DNA of 52,270 nt from positions 1-52,270 of IMG/VR virus record IMGVR_UViG_3300032173_000009; one strand, given 5' to 3'. The stretch is from a virus (taxonomy: Duplodnaviria > Caudoviricetes). Below, one piece after another: positions 36,460-46,188 of this stretch. A program made the translations under genes and the position numbers. The notes under the pieces were generated by a model. The model saw nothing but the letters and a program-made list of their open reading frames with translations. It was not told the origin of the DNA and searched no databases. How positions within the stretch are numbered: the first letter of the stretch is position 1; each line of letters begins with the position of its first letter.

Positions 36460-36971
36460 TTGAAGCCTACTGCCGTCACTTGACTGAGGGTGGGAAGTTC
36501 TCAGATACCTCCTCTCCCTCGCTCAGTCAGGTGGAGAGCGTGCTGACGCAAGTCTACTACCGGCTCCAGGCTCACCTTGCCCAGTCCGGCTACGGCACAG
36601 CGCAAACGCTGAGCCCTGTGGTTTCCTACCTTGAGCACCTTAACGCTATTGGTGCTGTTGTCCAGATTGAGCTTATGCACCCGATCTCCAGCGGTGAGCG
36701 AGAGGCCAACCTGCGTTACCGAGAGTTCAAGGCTCAGTGGGAGGCTGACACGGCCTTCCTGGCAACGAGTGGCTTCGCTGACCTTGGAGCTGCCCGTGCT
36801 GGGCAGGCTTCTGGTGATGCCCTTGTGCTTACGGGTGTGAGCTTGGCTGATAAGCAGGGCATCGAGTCCGATAGCGACTACCTTTTGCCTCGGTTCAGAC
36901 GGGGCTTTGGGATGCGGCAGGACCTCGGTGAGGGCCAGGTGGACACGGACAGAGATAGGCCAGGTACTTGA
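36408..36971 (+). CDS. head-tail adaptor protein (putative)
   Basis: Helical N-terminus and position after the capsid module. Confidence 0.6.
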   Translation: MSYSAYELTAGTSCLNLVEAYCRHLTEGGKFSDTSSPSLSQVESVLTQVYYRLQAHLAQSGYGTAQTLSPVVSYLEHLNAIGAVVQIELMHPISSGEREANLRYREFKAQWEADTAFLATSGFADLGAARAGQASGDALVLTGVSLADKQGIESDSDYLLPRFRRGFGMRQDLGEGQVDTDRDRPGT

Positions 36972-36972
36972 G

Positions 36973-37164
36973 ATGCTAGTCTTGACGAGGCACATAGACG
37001 AGTCAATTATCGCCAGTTTTGGCACTGTGGACCTTGAGATCACAGTCTTGGGTGTTTCTGACGGCTGGACCGGCCCGAAAGTGAAGATTGGCCTAGCGGC
37101 TCCAAGTGAAGTGGTCCTGCTGAGGCGGGAGGTGAGGGACAGGCAGTGTCCTACTCCGCAGTAG
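36973..37164 (+). CDS. csrA: carbon storage regulator CsrA/RsmA homolog
   Basis: MLVLTRHIDESII...EITVLGV...VKIGLAAPSEVVLLRREV matches the CsrA pattern. Confidence 0.85.
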   Translation: MLVLTRHIDESIIASFGTVDLEITVLGVSDGWTGPKVKIGLAAPSEVVLLRREVRDRQCPTPQ

Positions 37165-37592
37165 AAGCTGCACTCAAGGGCCAGATCGAGGCTATCACTA
37201 GCCCCAACCTGGCTGGGTGGGTAACCCAGGGTGACTTCCGCGTTCTCAATAAGGGAGCTACTTGGGCCGTGGTTTTAGTCTACGACAGCTTTGAGCATAG
37301 CCGTCTTGACTTCGGTGGCGACCACCAGTACCTTTGGCGGGTTCGCATCTTGCTCTTCGTCAGGTACCAGGACGATGTCCAGGTTCAGACTGACACGGAG
37401 ACAGCTCGGCAGGCTATCTTGGACCGGCTAGCTGAGTACCCGAAGCTGGGAGGAGTCTCAGGAGTTCTGGATGCTCTCGTCGTCTCTGGTACTTCGGAAC
37501 CTGACCGGTTCACAGTCGGGGAGATTAGTTTCTTTGCCGAAAGCCTGGTCTGTGAAGTCACGGAGGACGTAGAAGTGGCTGAGGCAGAGTAG
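37146..37592 (+). CDS. tail terminator/completion protein (putative)
   Basis: Size, position and acidic composition. Confidence 0.6.
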   Translation: MSYSAVEAALKGQIEAITSPNLAGWVTQGDFRVLNKGATWAVVLVYDSFEHSRLDFGGDHQYLWRVRILLFVRYQDDVQVQTDTETARQAILDRLAEYPKLGGVSGVLDALVVSGTSEPDRFTVGEISFFAESLVCEVTEDVEVAEAE

Positions 37593-37601
37593 GAGGGGTC
37601 T

Positions 37602-38303
37602 ATGGCGAAAAAGCACGGCAAGGAAACAGTCGTCCTGGTGGACGGCTACGATGTGACAGGGCAGAGCAGTGCTCTTGACGTGACCAATGCAATGGACACG
37701 CAGGAGGTCACGGCCTTTGGCGACCAGCAGAAGAGTTACGTCGTTGGGGCTGTGGATGGGAAGATCAGTCAGAAGGGCTTCCTGACGGATGGCACTGCGG
37801 AAGCTCACGATGTCCTAAGGCAGCGTATTGGAAGCGCCGTGGTCTTCTTAGCTCACTATGGGACAGTCACCGGTGCCTATGGCTGGGGAGGCAGTGCTGA
37901 GCTGAATACGGCCTATGGAGTCTCAGGCGGGGCTGGTGCTCCAGTGACCTTCTCGGCGGACTACAACTTTGGCCTCTATGGAGGCCAGCCCATCAAGATG
38001 ATGCGCTGCCACGCCGAAGGTGCTGGGACGAGAGGAGCGGGTACAGCCAACGAGACGCCCAGCAACGCCGGTGCCCGAGCCTTTCTCCACATTCTGAGTA
38101 TCAGCTCAGGGACTCCAACGGTAGCTCTCCAGCACGGAACGGCAAGCACTGAGGCAGCCTTCTCGAACCTCGCTTCCTTTGGGGCGGTGGCCGCTGCTCC
38201 TTATGCAGCGGGGACGGAAGTGACCGGAACGGTTAGGCAGTATCTCAGGGCGGTAGTAACAGGCGGGACCTGTACCTACGCCCTGGGTTACAGGAGGTTA
38301 TAA
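37602..38303 (+). CDS. tail tube-like protein 1 with C-terminal extension
   Basis: DTQEVTAFGDQQKSYVVG; paralog of the next gene. Confidence 0.65.
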   Translation: MAKKHGKETVVLVDGYDVTGQSSALDVTNAMDTQEVTAFGDQQKSYVVGAVDGKISQKGFLTDGTAEAHDVLRQRIGSAVVFLAHYGTVTGAYGWGGSAELNTAYGVSGGAGAPVTFSADYNFGLYGGQPIKMMRCHAEGAGTRGAGTANETPSNAGARAFLHILSISSGTPTVALQHGTASTEAAFSNLASFGAVAAAPYAAGTEVTGTVRQYLRAVVTGGTCTYALGYRRL

Positions 38304-38732
38304 GTGGCAAAGTATCATGGCAGAAGCGTAGTCTTTACCATCGACGACAGTGGTGGGACGGTCAGGAACATCTCCAGCGATGTCGATAGCACCGATGCTC
38401 CCAGCACCATCGATACGGCTGAAGTGACAGGGTTTGGCGACGCGCAGAAGAGCTATGTCACTGGTCAGCAGGACCAGAAGGTGTCTATAAAAGGCAACTT
38501 CAATGACACGGCGCTTACCGGAGCGCACGCCGTCCTGTCGAGCCTTATCGGGGGCACAGCTGGCTATACCTTGCAGTTCATGCCAGCGGGCTCAGTGAGT
38601 GGCAAGCCCAAGCTCTATGGGGAGGTGCTGCTCACCAACTATAGCCTCTCGGCTGGAGTTGGTGGGGCTGTAACCTTCGCGGCTGACTTTGTACCAGTAG
38701 CTGGCGGAAGCATCGTCTGGGGCACGATCTAG
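38304..38732 (+). CDS. major tail tube protein
   Basis: DTAEVTGFGDAQKSYVTG, VTFAADF; precedes the chaperone. Confidence 0.75.
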   Translation: MAKYHGRSVVFTIDDSGGTVRNISSDVDSTDAPSTIDTAEVTGFGDAQKSYVTGQQDQKVSIKGNFNDTALTGAHAVLSSLIGGTAGYTLQFMPAGSVSGKPKLYGEVLLTNYSLSAGVGGAVTFAADFVPVAGGSIVWGTI

Positions 38733-38763
38733 CAGGAGCTAGACTGAGGAAAGGAGTCACAAG

Positions 38764-39096
38764 ATGAGTCATGCTGAGCGGCGGATGCCGGTCAAGCAGG
38801 CCAAGGTAGAGCTTGACGGCGAGTTCGGGGGCTGGTGGGCAGTAGTCCGCACCAATCCTCCATTCAAGGTCTGGGAGCAACTTCAGAGTGTAGAGGCGGT
38901 TCAGATCAAGGAGGCGCTGTATGAGCTGATCCTGGACTGGAACTTTGTCGATGAGGAGGGTAAGAAGCTCTCTGCTAAGCGGACCGACACCTACGATCCC
39001 ATTGGCGAAGTTCCCCTGGACCTCCTAACAGCGTTGATCGTGAAGGCAGGTGAGGCAATCTCACAGCCCCCTTTAGGGACCGAGATGACTTCATAG
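38764..39096 (+). CDS. tail assembly chaperone (gpG-like)
   Basis: LILDWNFVDEEG; ends in a slippery heptamer. Confidence 0.8.
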   Translation: MSHAERRMPVKQAKVELDGEFGGWWAVVRTNPPFKVWEQLQSVEAVQIKEALYELILDWNFVDEEGKKLSAKRTDTYDPIGEVPLDLLTALIVKAGEAISQPPLGTEMTS

Positions 39097-39287
39097 AGGC
39101 CTTCTGGACTGGAGAGGCCAGTGTGCCACACGGATACCTACGCTACAGGTTGTGCAAGCTCTTCGGACTAGCACCCAGTCAGCTAGACGATGAGCCAGCC
39201 GATGAGCTCTTGCAAGGCTTGTGGTTTGAGTCTGAACTCGACAGGCTGACAGCGGAGAAGTTGAAGGATGGCTCTGGGAACCTCTGA
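39069..39287 (+). CDS. tail assembly chaperone -1 frameshift extension (gpT-like)
   Basis: C CCT TTA at 39069-39075; -1 frame open to TGA 39287, encoding LCKLFGLAPSQLDDEP. Confidence 0.75.
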   Translation, partial: PFRDRDDFIEAFWTGEASVPHGYLRYRLCKLFGLAPSQLDDEPADELLQGLWFESELDRLTAEKLKDGSGNL

Positions 39288-39378
39288 AGCTAAGCTGGAG
39301 GTCCTCCTCACTCTGGACGACAAGGCGTCGGCTGGTCTCCAGAAAGTAGTAGCACGTCAGGTCAAGGGGAGCACCTGA
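39268..39378 (+). pseudogene. relic tape-measure N-terminus (36 aa)
   Basis: MALGTSEAKLEVLLTLDDKASAGLQKV resembles MADTAKLTILIQAKDEASKVLGQV of the next gene. Confidence 0.45.
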
Positions 39379-41489
39379 TGGCCGATACCGCTAAACTCAC
39401 AATCCTCATTCAGGCCAAAGATGAGGCCTCGAAGGTTCTGGGCCAGGTCTCCAAGGAGAGCGGCGGCCTCTCCTCGCAATTGAAGACGCTGGCAGTTGCT
39501 GCCGCCGGTGCCGTCGCTGCCTTCGCCAGTTTCAAAACATTGGAGAGTAGCATCAGCGCTACTCAGGAACTGGGTCTGGCTGTTGCCAAGCTCAGCCGTG
39601 AGACTGGTCTTACGACTGAGGCATCTTCGGAACTACTCTTTGCCTTCAAGCATTTCGGCCTTAGTGCCGACGATGCCAGCCGCTCGATAGGTATCTTCGC
39701 CAAGAAACTCAAGGGCGTCTCGGACGAGGAGACGGGCGTCACGACTGGCGGCAAGAGTATGGCGCAAATCCTTGCCGACATCGGGGTCCAGGCCACGGAT
39801 GCCAACGGCAACATCCTGCCTCTTGACCAGATTCTCGGCCCCCTGGCCGATAAGTTCAAGGCCATGCCCGACGGCATGGAGAAGACCGGCCTTGCCATGC
39901 AGCTCTTTGGCCGTTCTGGCAAGGACATGATTCCGCTACTGAATGCGGGTAGCGCGGGGCTGGAGGAACTGTCCGCCGAAGCCGACAAGCTAGGAGTGAC
40001 CCTGAGCGCTGAAAACGTCGGAGCCATCAAACAGTTCACCTTCGCCCAGCGCGATATGAACGAGGCCATCGCCGGTGTCAAGATTCAGATCGGCATGGCG
40101 CTGATGCCTGTGCTGACGAGGTTCGCCGAGTGGTTTGTCAGCGTCCAGCCGCAGATTCGGGAGTTCGTGAGGGAGGGCATCGAAAAGGTCAAGGCAGCCA
40201 TCGAGGCCTTGAAGCCAGTAATCGAAAAGGCCGGCGAAGCGCTCGATTTTGTCAGTGAGCACAAGGAAATGATCATTGGGGCGCTGGCCGCCATTGGCGT
40301 CGTCGTGGCCGCAACTGTCGTACCTGCCTTTCTTGCCTGGGCCGCTGCCACCATCGCCGCGACCTGGCCGATCATCGCCCTGATTGCGGCCGGCGCCGCC
40401 CTCGGGTTGGCCATCAAAGCACTCATCGACCACTGGGACGAGATCAAAGCCAAGACCTTAGAAGTCTGGGGCACGATCAGCGACTTCCTAAACGAGAAGT
40501 TTGGGTTCCTGCGCGGCCTCTTTGAGACTGCCTTCGGCGCCATCAAGCGGTATGTGGAGTTTGTCTGGACTGACATCAAGGCCATCTTCCAAGCCGCGCT
40601 CGACACCATCAAAAACGCCTTCGGCTTCTGGAAAGATGTCTTCTCCGGGGACTGGGAGGGTGCCTGGGGCCATATCAAGGAGCAGTTCGGCATCATCTGG
40701 GACCTGATCGAGGGTCTCTTTGAGAACCGGCTTGGCCTCATCCGCGATATCGCCGTGTATGCTCTCGGAGTTCTGCAGAACGTATTCAGCGAGGGATTCG
40801 GCAAGGCCAAGGACCTGGTGCTTGGCATCATGGACACGCTGCGCGACCTCCTGGCCGAGCACTGGCAGACGATTGTCCAGGTGGCCCTTGCCGTCCTCTT
40901 CCCGCCCGGTGCTGGCCTGTGGTGGATCGTGACCCACTTCGGCGAGGTCAAAGATGCCGTGCTGGGCTTCATTGGCAACATAGTCGATGCGATAACCGGC
41001 CTCCCGGGCACCGTGGCTGGGTTGGTAGGGAGCTGGTTCGGTGCGGCCCGCGACCTCGGCGATGCCATGTTCCGGGGGTTAATGGAAGGTTTGAGGCAGG
41101 CGCCCGGTATGGTTGAGGCCTTCCTGAGCGGCATTTGGGAGGCTATCAGGGGCCTCATTAACCAGGCCATCGACGCAGTGAACAATGCGATCCCCAACAG
41201 CATCGGCGCCTTCGGGATCGGCATCGATCTGCCCGACAACCCGATTCCTCATCTGGCCGCTGGCATCCGTGACTTCGCAGGCGGCCTAGCCTGGATCGGC
41301 GAGCGCGGCCCGGAATTGCTGGCCCTGCCTCGGGGGAGCAGCGTCTATTCTGCCCGTGAATCCCGCCAGATGGCGGCTGGCGCCACCTACCACTTCCACG
41401 GTGACATCATCCTGCCCGGCGTCCGCGAGCCCGCTGACTTTGCGCAGGGCCTCTACCGCGCTCTCCGCCTCCGAGGTCACATTCCATGA
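39378..41489 (+). CDS. tail tape measure protein
   Basis: AMQLFGRSGKDMIPLLN, W/F-periodic amphipathic repeats, IGERGPE C-terminus. Confidence 0.92.
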   Translation: MADTAKLTILIQAKDEASKVLGQVSKESGGLSSQLKTLAVAAAGAVAAFASFKTLESSISATQELGLAVAKLSRETGLTTEASSELLFAFKHFGLSADDASRSIGIFAKKLKGVSDEETGVTTGGKSMAQILADIGVQATDANGNILPLDQILGPLADKFKAMPDGMEKTGLAMQLFGRSGKDMIPLLNAGSAGLEELSAEADKLGVTLSAENVGAIKQFTFAQRDMNEAIAGVKIQIGMALMPVLTRFAEWFVSVQPQIREFVREGIEKVKAAIEALKPVIEKAGEALDFVSEHKEMIIGALAAIGVVVAATVVPAFLAWAAATIAATWPIIALIAAGAALGLAIKALIDHWDEIKAKTLEVWGTISDFLNEKFGFLRGLFETAFGAIKRYVEFVWTDIKAIFQAALDTIKNAFGFWKDVFSGDWEGAWGHIKEQFGIIWDLIEGLFENRLGLIRDIAVYALGVLQNVFSEGFGKAKDLVLGIMDTLRDLLAEHWQTIVQVALAVLFPPGAGLWWIVTHFGEVKDAVLGFIGNIVDAITGLPGTVAGLVGSWFGAARDLGDAMFRGLMEGLRQAPGMVEAFLSGIWEAIRGLINQAIDAVNNAIPNSIGAFGIGIDLPDNPIPHLAAGIRDFAGGLAWIGERGPELLALPRGSSVYSARESRQMAAGATYHFHGDIILPGVREPADFAQGLYRALRLRGHIP

Positions 41490-42415
41490 GGTCGTTCTAT
41501 CAACTTTCGGACCTGGACGGCAGCAATCCTTATACTCTGTCCTTGGCAGCCTATCGCGAGGACTTCCAAACGCCGAACCGCCTTGCCATGCCGAACCCCA
41601 TCGGTGCGGATGGGGCCTACGATCTGCATGGCGACCGCCGAGCGCCTAAAGATAGGGCCAGTGCCGACCTTGAGTTTTCGCTTATCGCCGCCAGCACCAC
41701 CGCTCTGCAAACGGCCATCAACAGCCTCATGGCGGCCGTGGAGGGCACGACCCGCGATCTAGGCCGGCGCAAGCTATGGCGCCGCGAGGTCTCGGACAGT
41801 AGCGCCGCTCGCTGGACGTATGCGAAGGCAGCGGCGCGGCCAGCCCTCAACTTCGCCGGCCCCTTGTTGGCCAGGGCAACAGTCAGGTTGGAGTTGCCTG
41901 AACCCTTCCTGTATGACTCACTAACGACGGCCTGGCTCACCGCCAACGGCTACACGGCGGAAACGCTGGCCAGCACTGTCGTGGGTGAGCCCATCGCGCC
42001 GGACTACACCTTCGCCGTCTTCACAGTCACCACCACGCCCTTTGCCTTCAACCTCATCAACAACGGCGACTTGGAGTGTCACCGCTGCGTCTTCCGCTTC
42101 GCCAGTCAAGCCGTGAATGGCTTCACGAACCCGAAGATCGAGAACCTGACGAACGGGCAACAGTTCTCAAGCACCACCGATGGCGCGACGGCGGCTACCG
42201 TGCTCTCAGTCAATAGCGCCCCAGGCCTGGGCCGCGCCCGCTTGAGCACAGATGGCGGTGGCACCTGGACCGATGATACGCCGAACGTGACGCCGGGCTC
42301 CTTGCAGGCGGTCTTGATGGAACTCCAGCCAGGCAGCAACTCAATGCGGTACACGGACGGCGGCACGCCCAACCTGAAACTGTATATCTGGTGGCTTCAT
42401 TCGTGGAGGGACTGA
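41486..42415 (+). CDS. distal tail protein (putative)
   Basis: Follows TMP; NNGD, NPKIENLTNG, LQPGSNSM. Confidence 0.7.
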   Translation: MRSFYQLSDLDGSNPYTLSLAAYREDFQTPNRLAMPNPIGADGAYDLHGDRRAPKDRASADLEFSLIAASTTALQTAINSLMAAVEGTTRDLGRRKLWRREVSDSSAARWTYAKAAARPALNFAGPLLARATVRLELPEPFLYDSLTTAWLTANGYTAETLASTVVGEPIAPDYTFAVFTVTTTPFAFNLINNGDLECHRCVFRFASQAVNGFTNPKIENLTNGQQFSSTTDGATAATVLSVNSAPGLGRARLSTDGGGTWTDDTPNVTPGSLQAVLMELQPGSNSMRYTDGGTPNLKLYIWWLHSWRD

Positions 42416-42416
42416 G

Positions 42417-42977
42417 GTGCGACAGGCAGGCCCGAACAGCCCGAGCACCGTCGTTGACGATGCGTCCATAGGCACCGTCGCCTGGTCAAACCCGGCGAAC
42501 GCCCGGGTCAGCGACGACTCCTACGCGCAGGCGATCTTGCCCGTTGGAACGGTTAGCCACTACCTGAAGGCGACGGACTTTGGGCTCCTGCTGCCACCAG
42601 GAGCTACGCCGTTGGGCATCCTCGTAGAGATAGAGCGCCGTAGGATTTACCCCGTCGTCGACTACCGGGTGCGGATCGTGAAGGGCGGCAACATCGGTAG
42701 CGCCGAGAGAGCCAGGGCTGAGATTTGGCCCACCAGCGATGCCTACGCCGTCTATGGCGGGGACTCTGACCTCTGGGATGAGACCTGGACCCCAGGAGAC
42801 ATCGAGACGCTCGGCGTTGCCCTCAGTGCCACGCCGAGCGGCACTGGCGCGAGCCGCTTTGCCCAGGTGGATCACATCCGCATGACCCTCTACTACCGGC
42901 CGCCTAGCGCCCCGCTGCGCCATCGGGCCGTCGTGGCTGACAGCGCGGGGGTTGTGAAGGCACAGATCATAGGATGA
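42417..42977 (+). CDS. minor tail protein
   Basis: WSNPANA, YLKATDFG, YGGDSDLW, VDHIRMTLYY. Confidence 0.65.
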   Translation: MRQAGPNSPSTVVDDASIGTVAWSNPANARVSDDSYAQAILPVGTVSHYLKATDFGLLLPPGATPLGILVEIERRRIYPVVDYRVRIVKGGNIGSAERARAEIWPTSDAYAVYGGDSDLWDETWTPGDIETLGVALSATPSGTGASRFAQVDHIRMTLYYRPPSAPLRHRAVVADSAGVVKAQIIG

Positions 42978-45565
42978 GCATCCTAGGAGCCGAGGTCACG
43001 CAGAAGCTGGATCAGGCGGGCTCTTTCAGGGTTCGGCTCCCGCTCACTGACCCCCGCACGGCCGAGTGCCAGGTCGGGCGCGTCTGGCGTCACTACCGCG
43101 AGGGCGAGGGGTTGGTCTTCGCGGGCCTCATCGAGACCGTCAACAAGCAACCCGAGGATACGCTGGAGATATCCGGCCCGACGCTGCTGGAAGAGCTGCT
43201 CTACAAGAATACGCTCCTGAACCGCCAGTACACGAACCGAGACGTGCGCGACGTGGTCGATGACCTCCTGTCAGGCACGGGCTGGACGCGCTATGAGGCC
43301 GTGCCCACCAGCCGGACCCTTGCTTGGACGCTCTCGGCCGTCAAGAACTGGGCGTTGGCAGGGGTTGGTATCGCCCAGGCCGCCGGCGCTCATTTGTCCC
43401 TGCGCGACGCTTCGACCGCCGCCTGGTGGGGCCAGACCTGGACGCTCTCGCACAACTCATCCGGCACCAACCGCTGCCTCTACGCGGCGGTAGCCATCAA
43501 CCCCTCGACGGCGACGGTTTCTTCCCTGACGTACAACGGCGTGGCCCTCACCTTCTTGGCGGCCATCAGTCAGAGCCCCATGCGAATCGAACTCTGGCGC
43601 ATGGTGAACCCGCCGGCCGGTCTCTACAACCTGTACGTGCAGGTGAGCGGCACCGCCGATGTTGCTGTCGGGGCCATGACGTGGGAGGGCGTGGACCAGA
43701 CCACACCCGAGAGCACACCGAGCACGGCGGGCGGCAACAGCACGAGCCCTTTCCTGGCGGTATCGACACCGAATGCCAGCGACATCGCCCTAGCCTGCCT
43801 TGCTCACGAGAGCGCCGCGACCTATGTCGCCGACAGGGAACAGACCGAGGAGGTACACGACTCGACCGGGGGGACCCGCCTGAGCATCTGCGTGGAGCCC
43901 GTTACCATATCGGCCCGCTTCGATGGCGAGAGCAGGCTCAAGGCCATCCTCTTGGCGGCCCAGCAACAGTCTCAGCACCTACGGGAGAAGGTGACTGAGA
44001 GCGGCGGTGTCCTGAGCAAGCAACTGGAGATCGGCCTGTTTGGGGCAGCGTCAGGGGTCACCCTGATGGGCGGCCAGCCGGATGAGCTTCTGTTCGACGA
44101 TGAGTATCTGGCGGCCGTGGACAGCCTCAGCGTCGAGGACGCGGTGACCGAGGTTTGGAACTGGGTGCTGCCCCTTGGCGGCGGCTCCGGCGTCGACCAG
44201 ATGACGCTTCGCTGGTGTACCCGCAACAGCCCCTACGTCGTCCAGAGTACGACGGGGCCGGATGGTGAACCCGTCTACTACATCGCCGACGCCGCCTCTA
44301 TCGCCGCCTACGGGCAGCGGGAGCGCGCCTTCGTCGCCAAGGACATCGCGCCGTTGTCGAACAGCAGGGCGGCTCTCGAAGTCGGTGCCAACGCCCTGTA
44401 CGACCTGGCCGCGACCCAACTCTCGCGCTGGTGGAAAGATAAGCAGACGGCCTACCGGCTGACCGTGCGCGGCCTAGACCCAGCCGTGAGGCCAGGCGAC
44501 ACCGTGCGCCTTCGCTGGCGCGGCTATGCCCTGCAATCGGGGGTGGGCTACGTCTACCTGGACGTCAACACCGACCTCTATGTCCTGGAGCGGACCCGGC
44601 GCTTCCCGGCAGATGGGACTGAGGTTTCGGACCTCGTGGTGAGTAACCTAGATCGCGCCCTTCAGACGGCCGATGACATCCTGATCGGCAAATTGGAGGA
44701 TACGGCCCGCGCCTTCCGCACCCACGTCCAGACGAATGTCAGCAACTACACGAGCGGGCCGATCTTGGAGGAATTGAACTCGTCGAAGCCGATGCAATTC
44801 GACCTGCTTATCGATGACAACGTGACGCAGCTTCTGCGCTGCCGCTTGCGGCTGAAGCCACGGGCGATTAGGAGCACGGCGACAGGGGCGGCATCAGGCG
44901 GCGGCCAGACCAGTTCGGGCGGCGGCTCCCACAGTCACACTGTGAGTGGCCAGTCAGCCGAAGCGGGTGGTGGGCAGACGAGTTCCTCTGAGTCTTCGCA
45001 CACGCATACCTGCCCTAGTCACCGTCATCATGTGATGGCAATAGGTAACGCTGCCACGTGGGCTGACCCGCCATACCAATGTAATGCGTCCATCTATGAT
45101 CTGTACGGCAACCTGTTTACCTACACACTTGGCAAACCCTTCTCCGAGGGCGGGACTGACCTCTATACGTGGCCGGGTGGCGACGGCCAGACCAGCAGTG
45201 GGGGCGGTGCTGCCCACTCACATACCGTCGCCAACCACACGCACACTGTCTCGGGAGCCACTTCAAGCACCCAGACTGATCATACTCACACCGTGAGCGA
45301 CCACACACACGGCCAAGTTTATGGCATCTACGAAGGGACCTCGGCTGCCGGTCTGACGCTGAAGATTGATGGTGTGGATCGGACCGCCGCGCTGGGTGGT
45401 CCCTGGAATAGCGCTGCCACGCTGGACATCACGCAGTACCTCCAGGACAGCGATGGGGTCGTGGTCCAGGGCATCCACGCTATCGAGATCGGGAGCACGC
45501 AACTGGGCCGCGTCGAGGCCTGGGTGGACTGGACAGTGGCGGTCCAGGCAATCATCGCAGCATAG
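42974..45565 (+). CDS. tail hub/spike protein with inserted beta domain and HxH needle repeats
   Basis: Hub-like N-terminus; C-terminal SHSHTV/HTHT repeats. Confidence 0.75.
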   Translation: MSILGAEVTQKLDQAGSFRVRLPLTDPRTAECQVGRVWRHYREGEGLVFAGLIETVNKQPEDTLEISGPTLLEELLYKNTLLNRQYTNRDVRDVVDDLLSGTGWTRYEAVPTSRTLAWTLSAVKNWALAGVGIAQAAGAHLSLRDASTAAWWGQTWTLSHNSSGTNRCLYAAVAINPSTATVSSLTYNGVALTFLAAISQSPMRIELWRMVNPPAGLYNLYVQVSGTADVAVGAMTWEGVDQTTPESTPSTAGGNSTSPFLAVSTPNASDIALACLAHESAATYVADREQTEEVHDSTGGTRLSICVEPVTISARFDGESRLKAILLAAQQQSQHLREKVTESGGVLSKQLEIGLFGAASGVTLMGGQPDELLFDDEYLAAVDSLSVEDAVTEVWNWVLPLGGGSGVDQMTLRWCTRNSPYVVQSTTGPDGEPVYYIADAASIAAYGQRERAFVAKDIAPLSNSRAALEVGANALYDLAATQLSRWWKDKQTAYRLTVRGLDPAVRPGDTVRLRWRGYALQSGVGYVYLDVNTDLYVLERTRRFPADGTEVSDLVVSNLDRALQTADDILIGKLEDTARAFRTHVQTNVSNYTSGPILEELNSSKPMQFDLLIDDNVTQLLRCRLRLKPRAIRSTATGAASGGGQTSSGGGSHSHTVSGQSAEAGGGQTSSSESSHTHTCPSHRHHVMAIGNAATWADPPYQCNASIYDLYGNLFTYTLGKPFSEGGTDLYTWPGGDGQTSSGGGAAHSHTVANHTHTVSGATSSTQTDHTHTVSDHTHGQVYGIYEGTSAAGLTLKIDGVDRTAALGGPWNSAATLDITQYLQDSDGVVVQGIHAIEIGSTQLGRVEAWVDWTVAVQAIIAA

Positions 45566-45575
45566 GGAGTGGGCG

Positions 45576-45854
45576 ATGAAGTGGGAAATCACAAACGTCG
45601 TGAGCCAAGATGACGGCCAGACACTATGCCACATTCTGATTAGCGAAGAAATGGAGGAGAAAGGCGTAGTCGTCACGACGCCACTCCTCGTCACGCAGGT
45701 GTTGGTGGCCAGCGACAGCGATGAGACGGCCGTTGTCGCTGCCGTGGAGACAAGGGTGCGCGAGTTTGCCGAGAGCCGGGCGCGGGCCGAAGATAGCCGG
45801 CTTCGGGTTCTGGTGGGAAGGAAGGGGCAGATAGATGACTCTAGGAAGCGGTGA
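45576..45854 (+). CDS. hypothetical tail-associated protein
   Basis: GGGAG SD, ATG 45576. Confidence 0.6.
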   Translation: MKWEITNVVSQDDGQTLCHILISEEMEEKGVVVTTPLLVTQVLVASDSDETAVVAAVETRVREFAESRARAEDSRLRVLVGRKGQIDDSRKR

Positions 45855-46023
45855 TAAGCCTGAGACGCAACCCGTGGGCCTGATAGTGGTTCGGGTCTGG
45901 CCGGGTGGTTGGGGGGCTAATTGGCTCGACGTGGATCTCCATGTGACCGAGGCCGTGCTCACTGAGGTGCTAGCGAAGGTCAAGGCACTGCATGAGCACG
46001 AGCACGAGGAGATGAAGGTCTAA
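45835..46023 (+). CDS. hypothetical protein
   Basis: Overlaps the upstream stop, SD-like AAGGGG. Confidence 0.45.
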   Translation: MTLGSGDKPETQPVGLIVVRVWPGGWGANWLDVDLHVTEAVLTEVLAKVKALHEHEHEEMKV

Positions 46024-46032
46024 TCGGCAATC

Positions 46033-46185
46033 GTGCCGACTCTTGATGAGGAGACAGTAGCAGAGGCTTTGAGGAATGAGTTAGTAAGGCTGAACGAGGT
46101 GACGAGGGATGGGCTCACTCAGCGCACAGTCCAGACCCAGGTTCAGTTATTCCCGCTCTTGCAGGGCTGGACATACCGGAGGTAA
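46033..46185 (+). CDS. small hypothetical protein (50 aa)
   Basis: Open frame filling the gap: MPTLDEETVAEALRNELVRL... Confidence 0.35.
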   Translation: MPTLDEETVAEALRNELVRLNEVTRDGLTQRTVQTQVQLFPLLQGWTYRR

Positions 46186-46188
46186 TCT

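Noticed and set aside
40085-41239. Long minus-strand ORFs (for example 384 aa here, 243 aa at 1890-2621)
   Set aside because: Antisense shadows of GC-rich genes with no motifs or SDs.
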